NCBI GenBank assembly: GCA_965248055.1
Contig: CBDFIJ010000004.1
Coordinates: 800,001 to 864,000, forward strand
Reading direction: 5' to 3'
DNA from: Candidatus Multivoradales bacterium
Lineage (GTDB): Bacteria; Acidobacteriota; Thermoanaerobaculia; Multivoradales; JAHEKO01
DNA: 64,000 nucleotides
In this document: positions 46,796 through 57,148 of the stretch, in pieces
How the letters are laid out: every line of letters starts with the position of its first letter
Numbering within the stretch: position 1 is the stretch's first letter
Translations under genes and position numbers: made by a program
Notes under the pieces: generated by a model
What the model was told of the DNA's origin: nothing
Databases searched by the model: none
What the model saw: only the letters and a program-made list of their open reading frames with translations

Positions 46796-47965
46796 TTATA
46801 AGGGCTCAGTTCCTTCACCTAGAAGCCTCAGATACTCCTTGTACACGTAAATTCGACGCCAGTTTCGTCCACTAACCTCCTCGACGATGTCGAGGCCCAC
46901 TAGGCGGTCAATAGCGCGCTTCACCGTCGGTTGAGATAGCCCAGTAGTCGCAGAAACACTACCAACTGTCGATACAGGCCTTGCGCAATAACTATCCAAG
47001 ACAGCTAGTGTTGAACCTTGCGCCTGTCCAGCCACGGATCTGGTGCAACCCCGGTCGTGTTCAAACATCGTGGTTAACTCGCGTGCAGTCACTACTGCCT
47101 GTTCGGCGGTTTCGGCAACTCCATCCGCAAAGAACCTCAGCCAACCTTCCCAGTCACCCGACTCGCGCGTGAAGCTAAGTAGCTCGTAGTAGCGCGATCG
47201 GTTCTTCTTTAAATAGAGGCTTAGATAGAGCAACGGCTCGTGAAGTACGCCTTCGGCACTCAGTATCAACGCAATCAGCAGACGCCCGACCCGGCCGTTG
47301 CCATCCAGAAACGGGTGGATCGTCTCGAATTGCAGATGAGCAAGCGCCGCTTTGATGAGGGCTGAAGTTCTCTCCGGCTGATCGTGAATGAAGGATTCAA
47401 GATCAGCCATACAATTGCCAATCCGATCTGCAGGCGGTGGCACAAACACCGCATTCCCCGGCCTAGACCCGCCAATCCAGTTCTGAGATTTACGAAACTC
47501 CCCCGGCTGCTGGTGACTGCCCCTCCCGCTGGCTAGAAGACGCTCATGCATCTCGCAAATCAAGCGATTGGAGATTGGGAAGCCGCCACGGATTCGCTCC
47601 AAACCGTGGTCCAGTGCGGCGACGTAGTTGGATACCTCGGTGACATCATCGATTGGTACCCCTGGAGCCTCATCCATCTCGAACAGGAGCAGCTGCGAAA
47701 AGGAACTCTGGGTCCCCTCAATCTGAGAAGACAGCACCGCCTCCTTGCGAACATAGCTGTAGATAAAAAGGTGCGGCTCGGGGAGGATTGTCGAAACAGC
47801 GTCCAATCGTCCCAGCGCAGTAAGAGCATGATCGAGCGCATCGCGCAACTCGCTGCTGAACTCAAGCGGTGGACGAGGCGGCAACGGGCTCGGTACAAAC
47901 GCCTCGAACGGCTCGGGTCCCACGTGCGTCACCGTAACGTAGGCGCCCTGACTAGTACGGCGCAT
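46796..47965 (-). CDS. Fic family protein with N-terminal inhibitory motif and C-terminal HTH
   Basis: EAVLSSQIEGT and HPFLDGNGRVGR motifs. Confidence 0.93.
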   Translation of the reverse strand: MRRTSQGAYVTVTHVGPEPFEAFVPSPLPPRPPLEFSSELRDALDHALTALGRLDAVSTILPEPHLFIYSYVRKEAVLSSQIEGTQSSFSQLLLFEMDEAPGVPIDDVTEVSNYVAALDHGLERIRGGFPISNRLICEMHERLLASGRGSHQQPGEFRKSQNWIGGSRPGNAVFVPPPADRIGNCMADLESFIHDQPERTSALIKAALAHLQFETIHPFLDGNGRVGRLLIALILSAEGVLHEPLLYLSLYLKKNRSRYYELLSFTRESGDWEGWLRFFADGVAETAEQAVVTARELTTMFEHDRGCTRSVAGQAQGSTLAVLDSYCARPVSTVGSVSATTGLSQPTVKRAIDRLVGLDIVEEVSGRNWRRIYVYKEYLRLLGEGTEPL

Positions 47966-48044
47966 AATAAAGAGAAATTAACACATGCGGCCTTTTTCGT
48001 TAGAAGCTCGAATCACTTTTAACACCCCTCCGCGCCACCACCAC

Positions 48045-48086
48045 CTCGTCATCCCGGCGCGCGGGGGTCTAGGGGGGTCGGGATCT
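48045..48086. repeat. REP-like palindromic element, copy 1
   Basis: CTCGTCATCCCGGCG...CGGGATCT; 39/42 identical to 49228-49269. Confidence 0.7.
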
Positions 48087-48166
48087 TTAGCAATCGCGCG
48101 ACTCGGCTATGCCATCCCTACAGCTTTCTGCCGCTTCTCCCAACTCTCCCACTTCCGACCCAGAAG

Positions 48167-48215
48167 GTCGTCCTGAGCGAGCCCGAGCAGCGCCGAGGTG
48201 GAGCCGAAGGATCTC
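48167..48215. repeat. REP-like element (GTCGTCCTGAGCG...GAAGGATCTC)
   Basis: Resembles the widespread GTCATCCTGAGCG...GAAGGATCT intergenic repeat class; single copy here. Confidence 0.45.
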
Positions 48216-48234
48216 AACGGGCCGTTAGGGCTTC

Positions 48235-48516
48235 CTACGCTAGGCCCGCCGCACGCTGACGCTTCGCCCATGTCGCTTTCGCCTTCGCCCTCTCCTCTTC
48301 GCGATCCTTGCTCGGAGCAGTGGTCACCAAGCCATCAATCAATCGCCTCGACGCCACCGCCACCTCTTCCACCGCCCGCTCGAACACCGATTCATTCACC
48401 TGCGACGGCGCCCGCATACCGGACAGCTTGCGTACAAACTGCAACGCAGCATCGCTCAGCTCTTCGTCAGTCGCTGGTGGATCAAAGTTAAACAGGGGTT
48501 TGATATTTCTACACAT
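48235..48516 (-). CDS. DUF2277 family protein
   Basis: MCRNIKPLFNFDPPATDEE..AALQFVRKLSG signature. Confidence 0.88.
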   Translation of the reverse strand: MCRNIKPLFNFDPPATDEELSDAALQFVRKLSGMRAPSQVNESVFERAVEEVAVASRRLIDGLVTTAPSKDREEERAKAKATWAKRQRAAGLA

Positions 48517-48542
48517 AATTCCTTTCCGCGTTTCCGTCGAAC

Positions 48543-49013
48543 CTATCGACCGATATGAATCGTGGCCTCGGACTCACCCAGTTTCAGGGTGAAGTTCTTG
48601 AGTGGCTGCACCACAAAGCGATGCTCCCCAGGGCTGAAGTAGCTGGCAAAGAGGACCCCACCCAGCGCCCCACGGCGATGATCGACCGTCTCCGTCACCC
48701 CAGCCGAGCCAGGTACCCACTCTCGCGCATGGACCTGCAACATCTCAGGTGCCGCGTCCGCCAGGAACTGATCTCGCCCCTCGAACCACTGTTCAGCGTC
48801 CATCCCCTGCAACGCCTGGTACAGCTCCTGGTCATAAACGATCAGGAAGTCCACCGCCACCGGGTGGTTCCCATTCATCTGCCCATCGACCTCTACTTCG
48901 AAATCGATCTTGCCGCCGAACGCCCGGCCCGAACCCAGACTGCTGCAACCACCTAGAATCAAACAGGCCATCAGCAGGCATCCGGCGAGTCTCTTGGTGT
49001 TGTGCAACGACAT
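48543..49013 (-). CDS. TssJ/SciN-like lipoprotein (orphan in this window)
   Basis: RBS aaaggag; lipobox LILGG-C; N.NHPVAVDFLIVYD, QWF, EWVPG and LFASYFSPGEHR motifs. Confidence 0.6.
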   Translation of the reverse strand: MSLHNTKRLAGCLLMACLILGGCSSLGSGRAFGGKIDFEVEVDGQMNGNHPVAVDFLIVYDQELYQALQGMDAEQWFEGRDQFLADAAPEMLQVHAREWVPGSAGVTETVDHRRGALGGVLFASYFSPGEHRFVVQPLKNFTLKLGESEATIHIGR

Positions 49014-49227
49014 CTCCTTTTCAGCTTCCGGATCGATTCTACGAAAAACTAATCGAACTCCACCCCTACTACCAACCCTGATGAACAAGAGGACCCCATT
49101 CGACCTATCCCGGTGGGGCTCACTCTTTCCTTGAGCCTGCCCCGCGTGCGACGGCCCTTGGGGGGCGGGAGCCATCCCGGCGGCGCCCCTTCTTCCTTCC
49201 TGTGATTTCTGGCGGGCTCTTCCCACT

Positions 49228-49269
49228 CTCGTCATCCCGGCGTGCGGGGGTCTTGGGGGGCCGGGATCT
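49228..49269. repeat. REP-like palindromic element, copy 2
   Basis: Direct repeat of 48045-48086. Confidence 0.7.
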
Positions 49270-49298
49270 ATCCCAATCCCTTCCACCTAGACCAATAA

Positions 49299-50030
49299 CT
49301 ACCCGCCACCAACCAACGGAACCCGGTTCAACTCATCCCGCTGCACCCGCCAATCCGGTAAGAACTGATCCAGCAACCCCCAAAACCGAGCGTTGTGGTG
49401 TCTCTCCAACAAATGCGCCAGCTCATGCACCACCACGTACTCTAGACACTCCGGCGGCTTCTTCACCAACTCGGTATTCAAACGAATGGTCCGAGCCCGG
49501 ATATTGCAACTCCCCCACCGAGTATTCATCCGCCGTACGTAGAATCCTTCCGTCCGTACGCCCATCTTTGGCTGCCATGTTTCCAATAGTAGGGGAATCG
49601 CCAACTTCAGTTGCTCCCGGGACCACGCCTCCACCACTGGCTGACGCTTGGCTCGGTTCGCACCGGGCCTTACCGACAGCTCCAAAACCTCATGGTTGAG
49701 CCTCACCTCCGGAGTTTGATCGCGCTCGACCACCGCCAGCCGATAGCTCCTCCCCCACACCCAGTGCCTCTCGCCATCCACATACTCGGGTCGAGCCACC
49801 CTCCCCCGCGCCCGGATCTTTGTCTGTTGTCGCACGATCCAATCCAACCTAGATAGCGCAAACGCCCGAATCGCCCGCAACGGCATCCGCTTGGGAGCGG
49901 AAAGCCACACCCGCCCATCTGGAGCAGTCACGTGTAGGTGGAGGTTCTTGATGTTCTTGCGAACGAGCTCAATGGGTATCTCACCCGCGACAAAGTGCGA
50001 TCTCGATTGCTCGTTCTGTCGGTTCATCAT
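49299..50030 (-). CDS. YgjP/DUF45 (SprT-like) zinc metalloprotease domain protein
   Basis: RKNIKNLHLHV, MNTRWGSCN and LEYVVVHELAHLLERHHNARFW motifs. Confidence 0.9.
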   Translation of the reverse strand: MMNRQNEQSRSHFVAGEIPIELVRKNIKNLHLHVTAPDGRVWLSAPKRMPLRAIRAFALSRLDWIVRQQTKIRARGRVARPEYVDGERHWVWGRSYRLAVVERDQTPEVRLNHEVLELSVRPGANRAKRQPVVEAWSREQLKLAIPLLLETWQPKMGVRTEGFYVRRMNTRWGSCNIRARTIRLNTELVKKPPECLEYVVVHELAHLLERHHNARFWGLLDQFLPDWRVQRDELNRVPLVGGG

Positions 50031-50133
50031 GATCGCGGTCACCCGGACCTCTATCCTTAAGCATTTGGCATTCTTCTCCAAGGAAAAACTCTCAGGGATC
50101 GTTTCCAAATGGAACTGGAACGATGACTCTTAA

Positions 50134-50212
50134 CGCGCCACTTAAAGTTGTTTTAGTGGCGCGGACCCTTGATTTTCGAACTTAGTGGCGCGATAATACG
50201 AATCGCGCCACT
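50134..50212 (+). promoter_or_regulatory. Sigma70-like promoter (TTGATT-N17-GATAAT) overlapped by four CGCGCCACT boxes (putative operator)
   Basis: -35 at 50169-50174, -10 at 50192-50197; boxes at 50134, 50155 (rc), 50184 (rc) and 50204. Confidence 0.65.
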
Positions 50213-50224
50213 TTGGAGTGCCTA

Positions 50225-51628
50225 ATGCCCCGGAAAATTCCTGAAACAGAACTGGACGCCCTAGCCAACGCCGCAGCAGAGTCCGCTGAGGGCCTCGGAG
50301 TCTCTGAGCTGCAGCAAGCCTTCCCGGAGATGCCGCGCCGCTCGATGCAACGCCGCCTGGCCCTACTGGTCGCGAAAGGCCGAATCAAAAAGACTGGAAA
50401 GGGTAGAGCAACTCGATACCAAGCGCCGAGGCAGAGCTCGGCAGACGCCGTCGAAGTCCACGAGCCAAGCAACGCTCCCGAATTACCAGGACTATCGCGC
50501 GAAGCACTAGCGGTGCGTCAGCTGGTCCACCGCCCCATCGCTGCTCGCACTCCTGTGGGATACCAACGAGCGTTTCTGGGTGAGTATCAACCGAATCAGA
50601 CTCGCTACCTGCCGGATGAGCTGCGTGAACAGCTACACGTGCAGGGTCGTTCACCTGTGGGAGGCCGACCCGCCGGCACCTATGCCCTTCAGATTTTGGA
50701 TCGATTGCTGATCGACCTTTCGTGGGCGTCCAGTCGTCTGGAAGGCAACACCTACACCCGCCTCGACACCCATAACCTGATCGCCTTTGGCAAGGCTGCT
50801 GAAGGCAAAGACAGTGTCGAGACCCAGATGGTCCTCAACCACAAGCAGGCGATCGAGATGCTGGTCGAGGGAGCTGAAGTCATCGAATTCGATCGCTTCA
50901 CCTTCCAGAATCTCCACGCGCTGCTGGCCGAGAATCTACTCTCCGAATCAGGTGCTGCCGGCCGCCTGCGCGAGATCGAGGTTGGCATCAGTGGCACTGT
51001 CTACCAACCGTTGGCAATCCCAGCGCAGATCGACGAACTCTTCGGCGAGATCTTGGAGAAGGCCGACGCGATCGACGATCCCTTTGAACAGGCGTTCTTC
51101 ATCATGGTGCATTTGCCCTACCTGCAGCCATTCGAAGACGTAAACAAGAGGGTCTCGCGACTAGGCGCGAACATTCCACTCATCCAGCACAACCTCGCCC
51201 CACTGTCTTTTGTCGACGTACCGCGGGAGGAGTACATCAGCGCCACCCTGGGCGTCTACGAGTTGAACCGCGTCGAACTCCTGCGCGACGTCTTCGTCTG
51301 GGCATACCGCCGATCGTGTCAGCGCTACACCGCCATCAAAGATAGCTTGCCCCAACCCAACCCGCTACGCTTGCGCAACCGCGACGCTCTAACCGAGGTG
51401 GTCAGTGCCATGGTCCGCGACATGGCCAAGATCGATACCCACGTTATCCGCGAGCTCGCTACGTCGCAGGTAGCAACGGCGGACATCAACGACTTTGTCG
51501 CGCTGGCCATGAACGAACTCTTCCAATTGCATCAGGGGAATCTGGCGCGTTTCCGGCTACGACCCTCTGAATTTGAACGCTGGCTTGTCGTGCGTGAGGG
51601 TCAAAGGAACGAACCCAAACACAGTTAG
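50225..51628 (+). CDS. Fic family protein with N-terminal wHTH and non-canonical active site
   Basis: SWASSRLEGNTY and LPYLQPFEDVNKRVSR motifs; N-terminal RRSMQRRLALLV..G.I.K.GKGRATRY. Confidence 0.9.
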   Translation: MPRKIPETELDALANAAAESAEGLGVSELQQAFPEMPRRSMQRRLALLVAKGRIKKTGKGRATRYQAPRQSSADAVEVHEPSNAPELPGLSREALAVRQLVHRPIAARTPVGYQRAFLGEYQPNQTRYLPDELREQLHVQGRSPVGGRPAGTYALQILDRLLIDLSWASSRLEGNTYTRLDTHNLIAFGKAAEGKDSVETQMVLNHKQAIEMLVEGAEVIEFDRFTFQNLHALLAENLLSESGAAGRLREIEVGISGTVYQPLAIPAQIDELFGEILEKADAIDDPFEQAFFIMVHLPYLQPFEDVNKRVSRLGANIPLIQHNLAPLSFVDVPREEYISATLGVYELNRVELLRDVFVWAYRRSCQRYTAIKDSLPQPNPLRLRNRDALTEVVSAMVRDMAKIDTHVIRELATSQVATADINDFVALAMNELFQLHQGNLARFRLRPSEFERWLVVREGQRNEPKHS

Positions 51629-52346
51629 CTAGTACCAAATCGCCATCCTCAACCCCTTCGCATCCACCTCAGGATCTTCAGGCAGGGTCTTGGCTGTTCC
51701 TCGATAGATCCGCTCAGCACTCCACACGGCGATGTGGGCATCGATCAGGTCGTCCAGCGCGACCTCCTTTCGCAAGTACTTGCCATCGGCCTCATCATTC
51801 CACCACTGCCACCATCGCTCCCCCAGCAGCCTACGCAACAAAGCCAACCGTACCTCTCGTCCCGCCCGAGACTTCTTCTTCTCGACAATCGCACGATCGG
51901 CATTGGCAGCCCAGAATGAAACTTCGGGGTGCACTTCCTTGACCACGGACTGCAGCTCCGACGTCATCACTGCATCGACTTCTCGCAGCTTTGGAAATAT
52001 TGCCAGAATCTGCAGGGTGAGCCCCACGGGCCGGGTTGCATTCTTTGGCTTTCTTCTCCGATTTTGCCCAGATCGCTGAGCGGCAAGGTCTGGAGAACAC
52101 ACTGGTCATGCGCGGCCAGCCAAGCACCGCTCTCGCCGCCCGATCCACCGATGCCCCACCCTTCTGGGCTGCCTCAGGGAGCGCAATCGGAACATCCACC
52201 GCCACAACTTCTGGAGAACCTGGTAAATGCAAGAGATCCTCGAACCGCGGCACCCTCTGCAAGGCCCACTCTCCGCTGTCTAGATTCTTTGAAACGGCAA
52301 TCCAGCCTGACGGGCAACCGTCGACACCAGTTACCCAAAGCCCCAC
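51629..52346 (-). pseudogene. DUF429 (predicted RNase H-like nuclease), frameshifted near 52030
   Basis: GVDGCPSGW, AVDVPI and SVFS.P in one frame; PKLREVD, EVHPEVSF, DDLIDA and GLRMAIWY in another. Confidence 0.8.
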
Positions 52347-55300
52347 TAGCCGGCCTCCACGCTCAGACCTGCCTTGATCTCGGCCAGCTTGCCAAAGATT
52401 CCATCGATCACATTCTTTTTGTCGGCAAACAAAGCATCAGGGCCGCCGTCGTGCAGGTTGCTGAAGGGAGATTCGTAGAGAGCCGAAGCCTCCATGACCC
52501 CGCGAGCGGTTAGCTGATCGATCACCATCTCGACGAAACGGATCTGCTGGGGTGTCAGGCTGCGGTCGGCCAGGAAGCCGGAGAATGCGGCCTGAGCCGC
52601 GGAACGGTCCAGCCCCACCAGGTGGCGAACAAAGTGGACTAGCGAAGGTGCCTCGTTGCGAGCCAGTAAGCCTGAAAGCAGCGTCTGGCCATCCTCCTCA
52701 CCGATCTCGGCCAGCGTGTCTTCCAACCCCTGCAAATCGGCCACAGTGAGAGGCTGGTTGGTCCGAAGGCGGCGGATAACGATGTGGTCGAGGTGATTTC
52801 GCAGATACTCCCTGACCTTCTTCTCGTACTGCGCACCGGTCATCTTGGGCATGTACACAACTTCGTTTTCGCGCACCCCCATCACCTGGTCTTGGAAGTC
52901 GGTGTAAACGATCTTGCGCTTTTTCTTGTCTAGGAAAGGTACCAATTCACGCAACCGTAGGCGTAGATCCTCAAGGCTCTTCAGATCGATCCCTTGCCAA
53001 AAACTGCTCTCCTGCATCGCAGTCAAGTAGGCCAATTGAGCCTTAACCGCTGGAATGGTGTTCTTCTCTTCCAGCAGCATGGCGATCTCGACCATCCGCT
53101 GACGCTGGCTCTCTAAAACCGCCGCGGCACCTTCCGCTAGAGCGAGTTGCATGCGCAATGCGGTGAGATCGAACATGCGCGACTCCAGCTCATCGCTCTC
53201 AACTTCAGTCGGTAGCCGCGCGATCTCACCCTGCAACTTCTCACGGTCGTCATCACTGAGTTGTTCCCAAGCCTTGCGCTCTCGGAAGCGATTCACCGGC
53301 TCCAGATGCATGCGCACGATGAAGTTGTCCCGGTTCATGGCCGCCACTTCCCCGTGTAATCCGCTGGCAAGCGATGCCCTGAGTGCAGAATCCGGGTCCA
53401 ACTCCGGCATCGCCTGAATATGGGACAGCAACTGCACTCGAGAGCGGAACAGCCGAGTGCCCAACGGTACGCCGCTACTAGCCTCGATGCCGGGCGGGTG
53501 CTCATTGAAGAAATCGAAATTGAAGCAAAAGTCGAAGACTCGGAAGTCCTGCTTGTCTTCATCCGGCCCAAATAAATCGGGGCACAAGCGTGTACCGCGC
53601 CCGATCATCTGCCAGAACTTGATCTTCGAGTAGACCGGTTTAAAGAACACCAGATTTGCCACCTCTGGCACATCGATGCCGGTGTCGAGCATGTCGACTG
53701 AAATTGCGATGTGCGGAGCCTTTTCTTTCTGAGAAAAATCGTCAAGCAGGCTCTGCGGATACTTAGCGTAGTGGTCGATGATGCGGGCAAAGTGGCCCTT
53801 GTACTGCGGGTAGTGGTGGTTGAACCGCTGCTCGATGAACTTGGCGTGCTCGTGGTTACGGGCAAACAGAATCGTCTTGGCCAGCCGATCGCCGCCTTCG
53901 ACCTTATGCCCGTGTTCCATCAGGTGCTGTAGCACCTTGTCTACGGTGTCCTTGTTGAACAGCCAACTGTTGATGGCGGCAGCGTTCACTCGCTCCGGTA
54001 CGCCGTGCTCATCCGCATCGTCGCCCCAGTCGAGGCCTTCCCACTGCTCCTTCTCCTCGTCGCTCAGCGAGTCGTAATCGATGCCTTCATGAGGAAACTT
54101 CAAATCCACCTGCTGCACTCGCGGCGGCACCAAGAAGCCATCCGCCACCGCAGTCTCCAACTCATAGGCGTCGGTCGGCACCCCTGGCTCCAGATCAAAC
54201 AGGGTGTAGGTGTTTTTTTCCACCTGCTCCCTTGGCGTTGCCGTCAAGCCCACCAGCAACGAGTCAAAGTAGCTGAAGATCGCACCATATCTCTGGTACA
54301 CCGAACGATGAGCCTCGTCGATAATCACCAGGTCGAAATGTCCTACGCTGAAGCGGGCCTCATCGCTTCCTCGATGGGAAATGGTTTCGTCGATCAGCCC
54401 CATCATGGTCGGATAGGTAGATATATAGACCCGGCCCGTCTGATCCTTCTCGGTCACCAAGTTCACCGGGCTCGACTCCGGTAGATGGGTCTTGAAGGCG
54501 CTTACCGCTTGATTCACCAGAGCCACCCGATCGGCCAAAAACAACGCCCGCTTCACCCAACCCGCCCGCTGCAGAACGTCCACTAGCGCAACCGAGGTAC
54601 GGGTCTTGCCGGTACCGGTGGCCATCACCAACAGTGCCTTGCGCCGTGCTTGGGCGAACTGGCCCCCAATGCTGCCGATAGCCCGTTTCTGATAGTAGCG
54701 ATCGACGATCTCGTCCTTAACCTGGCCCACATCCAGCGGCTTCCGCTGGGTTCGGCGCAGGATCACAGCTGCCAGCTCACCTTTCTTATAGAACCCGGCA
54801 GCGGTGCGGGGCGGGTAGAGCAGGTCATCCCAGATCCAAGTCTGATAGCCGTTGGTGTAAAAAATCACTGGACGTTGACCGTGCATCGCCTCCAGGCAAT
54901 CGGCGTAGAGCTTGGCCTGCTGCTGCCCCACCTGCGGGTCGACGGTGGTCTTCTTGGCCTCCACCACCGCCAGTGGCTTACCGTCGTCACCCCACAGGAC
55001 GTAGTCGGCATACCCGATGCCCGAGTCGTTCGGCATGCCCTTGACCTCGTATTCGCGGTCATACGGCTTATCGAGCGGCCAGCCGGCTCGCTTCAGGGCG
55101 AGGTCGATAATGAGCTCGCGAGTCTTGTCCTCGTTCCAATCGTGAGTGTCGGGGACCGCCTGGTTCTCCGCCTTGAACGCCGCTAGCCGTTCGCGCAGCG
55201 CCTCCAACTCGCTCTCAACTTCCTTGCGCGCCTCTTCCGCCACATCCAGCTTCTTCTTGAGCGCGTCCAGTGCCTCGACGCTGGCGGGCTTAGCTTGCAG

Positions 55301-55753
55301 CTCCGTTTTCGGCACCAATGCTTCGTCGAAGGTCTTCCCTTGCAGGCTCACCGCTCCTTGGCGTAGATAGGAGCGCCCCGCCCAATAGCTGACGTGGTAC
55401 AGCTCCCGCACAATCTCAAGTGCCTTCTCGGCCGTGGGCATTTTCTTGCCGTGCACCGCCACGTTGCCCGCCTGTCGGATGTACTCGGCCTTCTGCCACA
55501 CCACCTCCGGCACCAGCTCCTGGAAGGCGGGTTCCTGGAGGTAACCATCCAAGTTGGTAACCCTCGGCGGGCTCAGTGTGCTGTCAACCCGGTAGATCCG
55601 GGCCAACAAGCGTTCCAGCGCGTGCCGGGAATGGAAGCACGAGGCCCGCGGGTCGCCGTATACCTGCCGCTCGGCGTAACTCGCGCTCTCCGCCGCGTGC
55701 GGGAACTCCTGCTTCAGAAAGGCGAAGTTCGACGTTGAGTCGATACCGGTCAC
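52346..55753 (-). CDS. hsdR: Type I restriction endonuclease subunit R (EcoKI-like)
   Basis: ADYVLW..AVVEAKK nuclease, [29 protein letters not shown] and QMIGRGTR motifs. Confidence 0.95.
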   Translation of the reverse strand: MTGIDSTSNFAFLKQEFPHAAESASYAERQVYGDPRASCFHSRHALERLLARIYRVDSTLSPPRVTNLDGYLQEPAFQELVPEVVWQKAEYIRQAGNVAVHGKKMPTAEKALEIVRELYHVSYWAGRSYLRQGAVSLQGKTFDEALVPKTELQAKPASVEALDALKKKLDVAEEARKEVESELEALRERLAAFKAENQAVPDTHDWNEDKTRELIIDLALKRAGWPLDKPYDREYEVKGMPNDSGIGYADYVLWGDDGKPLAVVEAKKTTVDPQVGQQQAKLYADCLEAMHGQRPVIFYTNGYQTWIWDDLLYPPRTAAGFYKKGELAAVILRRTQRKPLDVGQVKDEIVDRYYQKRAIGSIGGQFAQARRKALLVMATGTGKTRTSVALVDVLQRAGWVKRALFLADRVALVNQAVSAFKTHLPESSPVNLVTEKDQTGRVYISTYPTMMGLIDETISHRGSDEARFSVGHFDLVIIDEAHRSVYQRYGAIFSYFDSLLVGLTATPREQVEKNTYTLFDLEPGVPTDAYELETAVADGFLVPPRVQQVDLKFPHEGIDYDSLSDEEKEQWEGLDWGDDADEHGVPERVNAAAINSWLFNKDTVDKVLQHLMEHGHKVEGGDRLAKTILFARNHEHAKFIEQRFNHHYPQYKGHFARIIDHYAKYPQSLLDDFSQKEKAPHIAISVDMLDTGIDVPEVANLVFFKPVYSKIKFWQMIGRGTRLCPDLFGPDEDKQDFRVFDFCFNFDFFNEHPPGIEASSGVPLGTRLFRSRVQLLSHIQAMPELDPDSALRASLASGLHGEVAAMNRDNFIVRMHLEPVNRFRERKAWEQLSDDDREKLQGEIARLPTEVESDELESRMFDLTALRMQLALAEGAAAVLESQRQRMVEIAMLLEEKNTIPAVKAQLAYLTAMQESSFWQGIDLKSLEDLRLRLRELVPFLDKKKRKIVYTDFQDQVMGVRENEVVYMPKMTGAQYEKKVREYLRNHLDHIVIRRLRTNQPLTVADLQGLEDTLAEIGEEDGQTLLSGLLARNEAPSLVHFVRHLVGLDRSAAQAAFSGFLADRSLTPQQIRFVEMVIDQLTARGVMEASALYESPFSNLHDGGPDALFADKKNVIDGIFGKLAEIKAGLSVEAG

Positions 55754-56874
55754 ACCCGCACCAGCTCCATCAATGGCTCGAATCGATAGACCGCCGAGCG
55801 CCGTCCGGATGCCTCCCGCACTGTGTGCAGCAAGCCCTCTTGCAGCAGCCCGCGGGTAAACCGGCCCGCGGTCGCGACGGGTATCCCGGCCTCGCTGGTG
55901 AACCGGCTGTTACTAAACACCGGCCAGGTGAACAGATAGTCCAACGCCGCGATGGAATGCTTGGAGGCCAACAGATCCGCAAAGCGAGCCTTCATCTCCT
56001 GGTAGCAAGCGCGAATCTCCTGAGCGACTTTCAGGTTGTGGACTGCTTGCTCCTCCACAGCGGTCAGAAAGAAGCTACACCACTCCTGCCAGTCGCCGCG
56101 CTCCGACACCCGGCGCAAACGGTCAATGTAGTCATCCTTGTGGTCCTCGAAGTATCGGCTGATATAGAAATGCGGTGCGGAAATCGCTCCACCGTTCCAC
56201 AGCATTAACGTGATCAACATCCTCCCAAGCCGGCCATTGCCGTCCTTGAAAGGGTGCAGCGCCTCGAACTCGGCGTGCGCCAGGGCAGTCCGCATCAAGA
56301 TTGGGACACTGTCATCTCCAATCAACCGAAACAAAGCCTGCATTCCAGCTTCTAGGTGCTCCGGGGCAATGGGTACGAAGCTGGCCTCGCGACCACCTCG
56401 GGCACCAATGTAGTTCTGCTCCTCCTTGTAGGCGCCCGGCGACTTGCTCGCACCGCGGCCGAACGAAAGGAGGTGCTGGTGGATGCTCTTGATAAGGGAC
56501 TCCGACAGCGGACGGCCTTCTTCGAGTTGCTTGTGGGCTGCACTCAAAGCTCGCCGGTATAGCGCTGTTTCGAGGACCTCGGAGCGGAAACCCCTCGCCG
56601 CACCCTCCCCATCGTCGCCGTACTCCGCCTCCAGTTGAAGGATTTCGTCCATCGTGCTGACGGTGCCTTCCATGCGCGAAGAGACCACGGCCTCCTGGCT
56701 GCGCATCGGGGCCAGAAAGAATTCGCTGTTGTGCATCCCTTGGAGCATTTGGTCGTAGCGAGCCAACGCCTCAGTGGCGGCCAGTAAGCCCGGCAGCAAG
56801 CGCCCAGGATCGAGCTCAGAGGGTGGAAACTGTCCAATGTGGTAGTGCACTGCGTTGCTGATATCAATAGTCAC
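55750..56874 (-). CDS. Fic family protein inside the R-M operon
   Basis: EAVVSSRMEGT and HPFKDGNGRLGR motifs; GTGA overlap with hsdR. Confidence 0.93.
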   Translation of the reverse strand: MTIDISNAVHYHIGQFPPSELDPGRLLPGLLAATEALARYDQMLQGMHNSEFFLAPMRSQEAVVSSRMEGTVSTMDEILQLEAEYGDDGEGAARGFRSEVLETALYRRALSAAHKQLEEGRPLSESLIKSIHQHLLSFGRGASKSPGAYKEEQNYIGARGGREASFVPIAPEHLEAGMQALFRLIGDDSVPILMRTALAHAEFEALHPFKDGNGRLGRMLITLMLWNGGAISAPHFYISRYFEDHKDDYIDRLRRVSERGDWQEWCSFFLTAVEEQAVHNLKVAQEIRACYQEMKARFADLLASKHSIAALDYLFTWPVFSNSRFTSEAGIPVATAGRFTRGLLQEGLLHTVREASGRRSAVYRFEPLMELVRV

Positions 56875-56900
56875 GGGACCGGCTCCTCACCGAATTTTAC

Positions 56901-56936
56901 TTTGTTGATCATTTTAGTCGAAATTTGATCAACAAA
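56901..56936 (-). promoter_or_regulatory. Inverted repeat TTTGTTGATCA-N14-TGATCAACAAA upstream of fic/hsdR (putative operator); extra half-site at 56993-57005
   Basis: Perfect 11-bp arms in the hsdS-fic spacer. Confidence 0.6.
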
Positions 56937-57148
56937 ACAACTGGACCTGCACGGATGAACAACAACGTGACTTGTTGCTCACGAACTCGACGATTTGATC
57001 AACAACGGACTTTGTTCGCCTCAGACGAGCGACAACCCCGCACCCTCACCGTTGCCAGCGTAAACACCGCGATCATCGACAGGACAGGCCATAGGCTGAC
57101 ACAACAGAAATTCTTCGCCGTGACCACTCCGCCGCCCACCGGCGAAAA

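Noticed and set aside
49014-49286. N-terminal extension of the TssJ-like ORF
   Set aside because: Runs through REP-like intergenic sequence; the RBS and lipoprotein signal point to the ATG at 49013.
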